Of a DNA stretch of 64,000 bases, positions 23,571-30,430 are shown piece after piece (position 1 is the first letter of the stretch; each line of letters begins with the position of its first letter). The position numbers and the translations under genes are program-made. The DNA comes from an uncultured Chloroflexia bacterium. GTDB taxonomy: Bacteria > Chloroflexota > Limnocylindria > Limnocylindrales > CSP1-4. Under the pieces are notes generated by a model. That model saw nothing but the letters and a program-made list of their open reading frames with translations. It ran no database searches and was not told the DNA's origin. The DNA lies in contig CAWEYL010000006.1 in the NCBI GenBank assembly GCA_963813335.1, forward strand, positions 1 through 64,000, given 5' to 3'.

Positions 23571-24067
23571 GCCTCGATCCTCCGCAGCGCGTTCGTCACG
23601 TCCGCGAGCGCGTCAGGGTGCCGCTGCAACGCCGCGAGGATCGTCATGCGCGTCCGCACCCACTCGTCGGACGTGGACAGGTTGAGCACCTGCACCGTCG
23701 ACTGGTTCTCGGGGCGCAGCTCGCCGCTCAGGCGTGCCAGCAACTCGATCGAGGCGCGCAGTTCGCGCGAGGCGCCCAGCAGCATCGACTCACGCTTCTC
23801 GTCGTGCGTCCGGTTGACGAGCGCCTCCAACTTCGAGACGAGGCCTTCGACGCGGTCGCGCGCGGTCGTCTCGATCTGGACGGCGGTCCCCTGCTCCGCG
23901 CGAAGCGCCGTCAGCGCCATCGACATGTGCCGGTCGCGATGCCGACGCAGCGCGTCGCGATCCATCGAGAACTGACGCCCAACGGCGGACAGCGAGCGTC
24001 CGGACACGATCAGCGCCTCGATCGCTGCCTTGTCCTCTGATGTGCAGGTGCGGCAGTACCCAGCCAT
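23567..24067 (-). CDS. Putative terminase small subunit (CxxC/HxxxH-flanked HTH plus coiled coil)
   Basis: MAGYCRTC...SLSAVGRQFSMDRDALRRHRDRH, then a helical region; directly upstream of and coupled (ATGA) to the TerL ATPase. Confidence 0.7.
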   Translation of the reverse strand: MAGYCRTCTSEDKAAIEALIVSGRSLSAVGRQFSMDRDALRRHRDRHMSMALTALRAEQGTAVQIETTARDRVEGLVSKLEALVNRTHDEKRESMLLGASRELRASIELLARLSGELRPENQSTVQVLNLSTSDEWVRTRMTILAALQRHPDALADVTNALRRIEA

Positions 24068-24525
24068 CAGCGCTGCTCCTGCCGCGATGCCTGCGCGAGT
24101 GCGCGCTCTCGCTGGCCGACGGGCTCCGGGGCGCCGGTCGCCAGATGTAGAGGGTGGGGGGTGGCCACACGTCGCACGGTCGGAACGCGGTCGCGGTTGA
24201 CGTAATCCGAGGTGGAGCGACCTGCGATCGACCGCGACCGCGAACCTGGACCTGCCGACCGATGCCTGACGTAACGGTGGGCAACCTGCGCCTGGCATCG
24301 ATCGCGGTCGGACCCGCTAGGAACGGATGCCCGTCCAACGTCCACGGCGGACGTGCCGTGTCTCATGAGCACACTCCTCATCGCTTTCACCACTCGATTG
24401 CACGCGTCGATCGCTCGCACGCACTCAGCGCTACGCGCCTCTGAGTGCGAGCGAAATCGCCTTTCGCTTGCACCGTCGCGTTCACCGGTGCAAGCGACCG
24501 ACTGCAAGCGACGAACCGCCTTCAC
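24067..24525 (-). CDS. Hypothetical ORF (possibly spurious; overlaps the repeat cluster)
   Basis: Start and stop overlap both neighbours (GTGA, TGATG), but no recognisable motifs. Confidence 0.35.
   Translation of the reverse strand: MKAVRRLQSVACTGERDGASERRFRSHSEARSAECVRAIDACNRVVKAMRSVLMRHGTSAVDVGRASVPSGSDRDRCQAQVAHRYVRHRSAGPGSRSRSIAGRSTSDYVNRDRVPTVRRVATPHPLHLATGAPEPVGQRERALAQASRQEQR
24411..24512. repeat. Inverted/direct repeat cluster, candidate replication origin or packaging site
   Basis: IR TCGCTCGCAC/GTGCGAGCGA (24411-20/24445-54); IR TCGCTTGCACCG/CGGTGCAAGCGA (24464-75/24486-97); DR TGCAAGCGAC (24489-98, 24503-12). Confidence 0.55.
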
Positions 24526-26321
24526 GCCGCACCGCCATCGAGTCGGAACACGCGCTTGTGCGACTTCCCCTGCGCGTCTGACTCGATCGCTTGGAGGTCG
24601 TGCAGGTCGGCGCGGATGGTGTTCGGCGACGCCGCGATGCCTTCTCGCGCCAGCGCGCTCCGCACCTCCTCGACAGACAGCGCGGCATCCGTGAGCAGCG
24701 CAGTGATCGCCTCGCGTCGCTTCCGCTGGTCGCCGCGCAGCGCTTGCGCTCGACTGACGCGCATGGCGATCACGCCCTCGCCTGACCCGCGATCCGCGTA
24801 GCGCTGCGTGTCGCGGTCGTAGGACAGGAGGAAGTAGGTCGGTTCGACCACTCGCCCCTTGACGTTGACCACGCGGTCGTCCGCGTCGCCGTTGGGGTCA
24901 GGCGCGAACTCGGCAAGGATGTCCACGGACGACGTGAGCGCGGTCGATCCTCGCGCCCTCGCGTCGTCCTTGCGGAAGTGGTGGACGACGATCACGGCGG
25001 CGCCAGCACGCGCGACGGTCGAGCGGATCAGCGCGATCGATCCCGTGACTTCGGCGGCGTCGTTCTCGTTCTCGATCCCTGCCCATTGAGCGAAGGTGTC
25101 GATGACGACGACCTCCGCTCTGCCTGCCTTCACCTCTCGCGAGGCGAGCACGAGCGCGTCCGTGAACGTCAGCGACGCTGCGACCGCCTCGGCGTACGCA
25201 AGCGTCCGTGCGCGCACGTCGTAGCGGTCGAGTTTCAGCGTGATCGGAGGTCCCCACTCCTCGGTGAGGATCAGCACCGACGCCTTCCTGATCGCGCGCC
25301 CGAGGAACATGTCGCCGCGCGTCAGGTGCCCCAACAGGTCGGACAGGAAGGACGACTTGCCTGCCTTCTCAGGACCCGACAGCAGCGTGATCCCTGATCG
25401 GTACAGGAGCGGATGCCAGATCCAGTCGAGGTTGGTTGGCATGATCGCCCCCAACTCCGACCGCGTAAGGAAGACGTGCGCCTCGTCAGGCGACGGCAGA
25501 TCGCGTCCACCCGCGAGGTGCCAGGCACGCCAATCCTTGCCGCCGCCCGTCAGAGGGTCGTAGTCAGGCGGTCGGATCGTCGCGACGTCCAACCCTGCGG
25601 CAACGATGCGGGCAGATAGTTCGCTTGAACCGTCGCTGCCTTCGGCGTCCGCATCGAAGGCGACAACGATCTTGCCCACGCCTCGCCGCCGCAGAGCGTC
25701 GATCTGAGAATGCGTCAGCGCGGTTGCTGCGCCTTTGGTGATGGCGAACGCGTCGATGCCGCGCGAGCGCAGGACGATGCAGTCGGATTCGCCTTCGGTA
25801 AGCACGATCGACGAGGGGTACTCGTCGAGCAGCGGCCAGATCGGAGGCGCCTTCGCCCCCTTCGGTGCCCATCCGTGTTCGCCGGTCAGCGGATCGCGCG
25901 TGCGGACGACGCTCGTGCCGCTGAACGTGAAGGCAACCTTGCCCTCGCGCTCCTCGATCGGCAGCGTGCCGACGAACCCGCGATCCACGCCGCAGTAGTC
26001 GGCGTACCAATCGAGCGGCGCCTGTCGCGTCCGTCGAGGCAGCGCGGTCAGGGGCGACACCTCGCTGCTGGTGGCGATGGAGACGTGACCGTTGCGCCGA
26101 CTGCCATCGACCGCTGCGACCACGTCGGCGTATCCGCATCCTGCGAAGCAGCGGACGAGGGCATCGCGCCCCTTCCGCTCCGTGACGTGCAGCGACGGTC
26201 GCCCGTCGTCGTGCGATGGGCAGCGCGCCATGATCGACCCGTCGCCCTGGTCTTCGATCGCGTCGAGGTGCGCGCGCCAGTAGCGCAGGTCGCGGACGCC
26301 GCGCGTGTTGACGGTCACCAT
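24522..26321 (-). CDS. Primase-helicase (Zn-binding + TOPRIM + AAA_25/RecA-like + C-terminal wHTH)
   Basis: CPSHDDGRPSL...CFAGC; LTEGESD...FDADAEG; Walker A SGPEKAGKS; Walker B VVVIDT; HHFRK...RGSTAL. Confidence 0.88.
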   Translation of the reverse strand: MVTVNTRGVRDLRYWRAHLDAIEDQGDGSIMARCPSHDDGRPSLHVTERKGRDALVRCFAGCGYADVVAAVDGSRRNGHVSIATSSEVSPLTALPRRTRQAPLDWYADYCGVDRGFVGTLPIEEREGKVAFTFSGTSVVRTRDPLTGEHGWAPKGAKAPPIWPLLDEYPSSIVLTEGESDCIVLRSRGIDAFAITKGAATALTHSQIDALRRRGVGKIVVAFDADAEGSDGSSELSARIVAAGLDVATIRPPDYDPLTGGGKDWRAWHLAGGRDLPSPDEAHVFLTRSELGAIMPTNLDWIWHPLLYRSGITLLSGPEKAGKSSFLSDLLGHLTRGDMFLGRAIRKASVLILTEEWGPPITLKLDRYDVRARTLAYAEAVAASLTFTDALVLASREVKAGRAEVVVIDTFAQWAGIENENDAAEVTGSIALIRSTVARAGAAVIVVHHFRKDDARARGSTALTSSVDILAEFAPDPNGDADDRVVNVKGRVVEPTYFLLSYDRDTQRYADRGSGEGVIAMRVSRAQALRGDQRKRREAITALLTDAALSVEEVRSALAREGIAASPNTIRADLHDLQAIESDAQGKSHKRVFRLDGGAA

Positions 26322-26512
26322 CGTCCACCGCCTGCCGTTGACACGACCCCGCGTGCTTCGCCGACGATCGATGGGCGCGGTGGGTTCAAGTGACGTTGAC
26401 GCCGCGCATCCCTTCCCCACCTGAGGTGACGGCATGGACAGGATCGACCACGTGACCCGCGAGACAACGGACGTGTGCTTGGAACTCGTGCAACAAGCGC
26501 TCGCGGAGGCAT
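26315..26512 (-). CDS. Hypothetical small ORF
   Basis: Fills the gap between coupled genes (TAG-ATG junction); no motifs. Confidence 0.3.
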   Translation of the reverse strand: MPPRALVARVPSTRPLSRGSRGRSCPCRHLRWGRDARRQRHLNPPRPSIVGEARGVVSTAGGGRW

Positions 26513-26809
26513 CTACGCGTCCTCCTCGATCGCGAACGGCACGTACCCGCACAAGCACCCGTATCGCTCTTCCAGTCGGTGTGCGAGCAGCGTTCGGATC
26601 ACCGTTGCCGCCTTCGCACGAGGACTCATCTCCTCGTCCGTGAACTGGGCGTCAAGCGAGGCGTAGAAGAGGCGGATCGCCGCGCCGCCAGCAGGCGACC
26701 TGAACTCCTCCCATCGCGCCGCGCCGTGGGCGCAGGCGAGCGTGATCGACCGCAATCCACGGTTATCTGGGCGGACAAGCAACTCCGCCCAACGCTCCTC
26801 GTCGGTCAT
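26513..26809 (-). CDS. Hypothetical protein (98 aa)
   Basis: ATGA overlap with the upstream gene; Cys/His motifs CAHG and H...YGCLC. Confidence 0.6.
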   Translation of the reverse strand: MTDEERWAELLVRPDNRGLRSITLACAHGAARWEEFRSPAGGAAIRLFYASLDAQFTDEEMSPRAKAATVIRTLLAHRLEERYGCLCGYVPFAIEEDA

Positions 26810-27102
26810 CGCGGCACGACTCGCAGCGCACGCCGATCGCGCTCGCGCTTCTCGACCATGCGGAGGAAGTGCATCCGCTGGGCGCGACGCGCGGCGAGGG
26901 TGCGTGCCGCCTCGCCGAGGTCAGGTGAGATCGTCACGTCGCACCCGAGCGAGCAGACGTGCCGCGTGCCGAACGTCGCGAGGAACGCCTCACGTGCCTG
27001 CTCGGTCATCGAGGCAGGGTCAGCGGCGCGGTTGATCGCCTTCTGCAGACCGCCGAGGCGACCAGCGCGAGCGCGCTTCTCGTGGAGCGTCAGTCCGTCC
27101 AC
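26806..27102 (-). CDS. Hypothetical protein (98 aa), basic
   Basis: RARAGRLGG...DPASMTEQAREAFLATF...ARRAQRMHFLRM; resembles small proteins of high-GC integrative elements; coupled to neighbours. Confidence 0.65.
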   Translation of the reverse strand: MDGLTLHEKRARAGRLGGLQKAINRAADPASMTEQAREAFLATFGTRHVCSLGCDVTISPDLGEAARTLAARRAQRMHFLRMVEKRERDRRALRVVPR

Positions 27103-27326
27103 GACAACGCCGCCTTGATCTTCGCGAGGGAGGTCGGACCCGGACGGATGACGCCGATCTCGTAGGCGGCGATCGACGTCTGTGGGACCTTCGCGATCGT
27201 CGCGAGGTCCATCTGCGACATGCCGAGCGTGATGCGTCGCTCGGTCATCTCACGTGCGAATGGAGAACGCGCAGCGAGCACGTCCTGTGGGATCAGCGCA
27301 GGTCCACGGGACCCACCGCGAGGCAT
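27090..27326 (-). CDS. XRE/Cro-like HTH protein
   Basis: RRITLGMSQMDLATIAKVPQTSIAAYEIGVIRP. Confidence 0.8.
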   Translation of the reverse strand: MPRGGSRGPALIPQDVLAARSPFAREMTERRITLGMSQMDLATIAKVPQTSIAAYEIGVIRPGPTSLAKIKAALSWTD

Positions 27327-27358
27327 AAGAAAACCCGTCTCCTTTCAAGGAGACGGGT
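27327..27358 (-). terminator. Intrinsic terminator-like hairpin downstream of the integrase
   Basis: Perfect 11-bp stem ACCCGTCTCCT/AGGAGACGGGT (27333-43/27348-58), 4-nt loop, followed by TTTCTT on the minus strand. Confidence 0.65.
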
Positions 27359-27611
27359 GCTGGTCGTCCGTTGCCTGCCGTGGCAGGTCGTCCCGTTCTT
27401 ACAACACGCTTCGCTGGCGAACCCGTCGGTCGATATTCGGTTCCTGCCCCCGATACTTGGCGACTTGGCGATGGTTGTCAACTCGACCAATGATCGACGT
27501 AGAACGTCGGTTTCGACGGTCGCTGACACGGCGGAGGGGCGTCGCTGGGTATCGACGCCCCTCGGGATCGTTCCTCCTGTCAGCGACCGTTCTGCGCGGT
27601 CGCGCGACCCG

Positions 27612-28568
27612 TCACACGAGGTCGCCAGGCGCACCTTGGGCGAAGTAGGCGGCACGCGCGCGCTCGTCCGCGGCGGAGGCACCGTAGCGCTGGAGCATCT
27701 CCGGCGATGACCACCCCATCAGGCGCATGAGCGCGTTCTCCTGCATGCCACCCTTGAGGTTGAGGTGCGCCGCCGTGTGGCGGAACTGGTGCGGATGCAC
27801 GTGCGCCAATCCGGCAGCGCGCGTCCGCTCCACCAACAGGTTGTTGAGCGCCGGAGGTTCCATCTGAGCGCCCATCTGCGACACCCACAGGAACGGCGAC
27901 GCGGCGTACTTGTGCGTTCGGCGGAGGCGGAGGTATCGCTGCAACGCCTGCGCCGACTTCGCACCGAACGGCACCACGCGTGCCTTCTTGCCCTTCGCGT
28001 TCTCGTGGCGGACTTGGACGAGGTGCTGATCGAGCAGCACATCGTCCATATGCAGGCCCATGAGTTCAGCGCGCCGCATCCCCGTGTCGAGCAGCAGGCG
28101 CAGGATCGCCGTGTCGCGACGATCGGCGAACGTCTTGCCTGAGCAGGCGTCGAGCAGCGCGCGCAGGTCCTCGATCGAGAGCACAGGCACGGGTTCCGTC
28201 GGTTTGGTCGGCGCCTGCATGCCGCGCATCGGCGTCTTCTCGACGATCTCCTCGTTGACCGCGAAGTTGAAGAACGCTCGAAGGCCCGCGTACCGCGTGT
28301 TTGCCGTGCCGGCGGAGTGCTTGCCCAACTGATCCGTCATGAACGCCTGGAGCATCGCGCGAGTGATCTCCGGCGTGCTGCGCGGGTACCCACGATCACC
28401 TAGGAAGCGATCCAGCGTCGCGAGCGTGAGGCGGTACGACTCGACCGTGCTGGGCGAACTGTTCCTCGCGCGCAGCGTGTCCGCGAACCACTGGAAGTCG
28501 GACATGAGCTGCGACGGCGCGGCGCTCGGAAGGGCGATCAGGTTGTTTGCAGCGGACGAGCGGGGCAT
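27612..28568 (-). CDS. int: Tyrosine recombinase/integrase
   Basis: DTGMRRAEL (R), AKGKK (K), HQFRH (HxxR), LMGWSS (W), LQRY (Y); N-terminal SAM-like domain; RBS AAGGAG. Confidence 0.95.
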   Translation of the reverse strand: MPRSSAANNLIALPSAAPSQLMSDFQWFADTLRARNSSPSTVESYRLTLATLDRFLGDRGYPRSTPEITRAMLQAFMTDQLGKHSAGTANTRYAGLRAFFNFAVNEEIVEKTPMRGMQAPTKPTEPVPVLSIEDLRALLDACSGKTFADRRDTAILRLLLDTGMRRAELMGLHMDDVLLDQHLVQVRHENAKGKKARVVPFGAKSAQALQRYLRLRRTHKYAASPFLWVSQMGAQMEPPALNNLLVERTRAAGLAHVHPHQFRHTAAHLNLKGGMQENALMRLMGWSSPEMLQRYGASAADERARAAYFAQGAPGDLV

Positions 28569-28686
28569 GACGGTGACTCCTTGCGACCGATCTTACGTCG
28601 GCGGCTGCGCATCCTGAGTTCCGTCTCCGAATAATGTCAACCAACATCGCTGTGGCAACGGATTAGGTCAACCAGAAGGTTGACGA

Positions 28687-29436
28687 TTATTCGTCCACCA
28701 GTGCGATCCTGATCCGCTTGTTGATCCGCCCCTTCGACTCGTACCCCTGAACACGAATCTGACCAACTTCGCGCGTGTTCGAGACGTGCGTCCCACCGTC
28801 GGCCTGCAAGTCAAGCCCGACGATTTCTATCGTCCGAATCTGCTCGATGTCTTCAGGCGGCAGAAGGTTGACCTTTGTCCGGATCAGGTCCGGGATCGCG
28901 AACGCCTCGGCGCGCGGGAGGACGTTGACCTTGACGTCGCGCTGGGCGGCCAGCTCGCGGTTGACGGTCGCCTCGATCTCGTCGACGAGGTCGCCCGACA
29001 TCCGCTCGAACTCGAAGTCCATCCGCGCGGTCCCGGGCTCCATGTTGCCGCCCGTGACATGGGCGCCGTAGTCGCGCCACACGACCCCGCAGAGGGCGTG
29101 CAGCGCGGTATGGGTCCGCATGAGGGTGAGACGGCGCGCCCAGTCGAGGTCGACCTCGACGAGGTCGCCCACCGCGGGCGGGCCATCGTCGTCGGGCTCG
29201 AGCTCGTGGACGATCTCGCCATCGGCCTTGCGCGCGGAGCGGACCGTCCACGACCGCCCGTCCGCGGTCCGCAGGATGAGACCGCGGTCGGCCGGTTGCC
29301 CGCCGCCGCCCGGATAGAAGACCGTCCGGTCGAGGACGACCAGAACGGCGTCGCCCGCCTCGATCGCGACGACGCGCGCCGCGACGCGCTGCAGGTAGGC
29401 GTCCGAATAGGCGAGCTGCTCGCCGCTGGGTGTCAT
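28687..29436 (-). CDS. alaX: Alanyl-tRNA editing protein (AlaX-M type), chimeric: 3' end supplied by the element
   Basis: TVFYPGGGGQPAD, MRTHTALH, DLQADGGTH. The segment from the att core to the stop (28687-28884) is element-derived. Confidence 0.92.
   Translation of the reverse strand: MTPSGEQLAYSDAYLQRVAARVVAIEAGDAVLVVLDRTVFYPGGGGQPADRGLILRTADGRSWTVRSARKADGEIVHELEPDDDGPPAVGDLVEVDLDWARRLTLMRTHTALHALCGVVWRDYGAHVTGGNMEPGTARMDFEFERMSGDLVDEIEATVNRELAAQRDVKVNVLPRAEAFAIPDLIRTKVNLLPPEDIEQIRTIEIVGLDLQADGGTHVSNTREVGQIRVQGYESKGRINKRIRIALVDE
28865..28884 (+). repeat. Right attachment site (direct repeat)
   Basis: AGGTTGACCTTTGTCCGGAT; core GTCCGGAT at 28877-28884. Confidence 0.88.
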
Positions 29437-29449
29437 GCCGCGGCGCCGG

Positions 29450-29938
29450 TCACTGGACCGTGAGGTTCCCCGTCATGTTGGCGTGCACGATGCAGTGGAA
29501 CGTGTACGCGCCGGGTGCGAGCGCCGGGACGTCATAGGTCTTGTGGGCGACCCCGGCGAAGACCTGGCCGTTGAAGACCTCGGTCCCGCCAGCGTCCTTG
29601 ATCTGGACGTTGTGCTGCGTCGAGGCGTCCTCGTTGTCGAAGTCGATCTGGAAGGGCGTGTTCGCCGGGGCCTTGATGTCGGTCGTGGTGAAGGCGATGC
29701 CCTGGGCGACGACCGGGATCGGCGCGCCGGCGGCCCCGGCCGAGGCGCCCGCGGATGCCGCCGCGGACCCCGACGGAGCGGCCGACGCCGAGGCCGCCGC
29801 GCTCGCCGACGGCGCGGCGCTCGGGACCGGGGTTGCGGGCGGCGCGGGCGTGTAGGTCCAGCCGGCGGACGCGCTGGTGCAGGCGGTCACCGCAAGTACG
29901 GTCAGGAGGGCGAGGGGGATGCGGAGCGCATGACGCAT
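29450..29938 (-). CDS. Cupredoxin-domain lipoprotein
   Basis: Lipobox VTAC, Ala/Ser/Pro linker, type-1 copper ligands HN...CIVHANM. Confidence 0.85.
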   Translation of the reverse strand: MRHALRIPLALLTVLAVTACTSASAGWTYTPAPPATPVPSAAPSASAAASASAAPSGSAAASAGASAGAAGAPIPVVAQGIAFTTTDIKAPANTPFQIDFDNEDASTQHNVQIKDAGGTEVFNGQVFAGVAHKTYDVPALAPGAYTFHCIVHANMTGNLTVQ

Positions 29939-30200
29939 GGGTGAAGAGGCACCTTTCGTGGGCTGGGCGGGTCCATCGGGTCGTGGTCCCTCATGAATCT
30001 ATCCCGCGGGCGGCGTCCTGTCGCGCCGGCGACGGGCGTGGCGGCGCGGGCCCGACCACCTCACGTAGTACTTCTGGGCTATCCACCCCGGACCATCGGG
30101 CCGGTTGTGGCTCCCCGACCACGCGGCCTAGTCTCGCCATCCACCTCCCGGACCCGGTGGGTGGCAGACGACACCAAACAGCTGGATCGGAGCTTTCCCG

Positions 30201-30302
30201 ATGATCAAGGAATACGTTGGGCGGGCCTGGAAGCTCGCTGTGACCGTCGGACCGCTCGTCGCGGTCGCCCTCGCCCTCGCCGCTGGTACCAAGTGGCACT
30301 AG
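30201..30302 (+). CDS. Small hydrophobic peptide (33 aa), not in the ORF track
   Basis: MIKEYVGRAWKLAVTVGPLVAVALALAAGTKWH*, GGAG RBS at 30189-30192, downstream terminator. Confidence 0.6.
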   Translation: MIKEYVGRAWKLAVTVGPLVAVALALAAGTKWH

Positions 30303-30381
30303 AGGCGAACTGAACCTCGCTGTCTCATTTCGCTGCTTCGCCAGGAGTCCATTCCGAAACGAAGCGATAGGCGACCCTCGG

Positions 30382-30410
30382 AACCCGGAGACCCTCCCTC
30401 CGGGTTTCGT
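30382..30410 (+). terminator. Intrinsic terminator
   Basis: Stem AACCCGGAG/CTCCGGGTT (30382-90/30398-406), 7-nt loop, T-rich tail. Confidence 0.6.
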
Positions 30411-30430
30411 GGTGTCTGGGGTCGGATCCC

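Larger units (their letters stand above)
18611..28884 (-). mobile_element. Integrated phage-satellite-like element (~10.3 kb) inserted in alaX
   Basis: Flanked by att repeats with the integrase next to the right att. Carries primase-helicase and terminase genes, all on the minus strand, with visibly more A/T-rich codons than the flanks. No capsid, portal or tail genes. Confidence 0.92.

Noticed and set aside
28790-28804. Asp in place of Cys in the AlaX CxxxH motif (DGGTH) as an element-caused inactivation
   Set aside because: The native stranded 3' end has the same DGGTH, so it predates integration and is probably a natural variant.
18611-28884. Complete or cryptic prophage
   Set aside because: No capsid, portal, tail or lysis genes or fragments were seen. 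Intact att sites and a tightly coupled operon argue against random decay, though this is not formally excluded.
30201-30410. Amino-acid attenuator leader peptide
   Set aside because: The peptide-plus-terminator layout fits, but the next gene is on the opposite strand, so there is nothing to attenuate, and there is no run of one regulatory codon.
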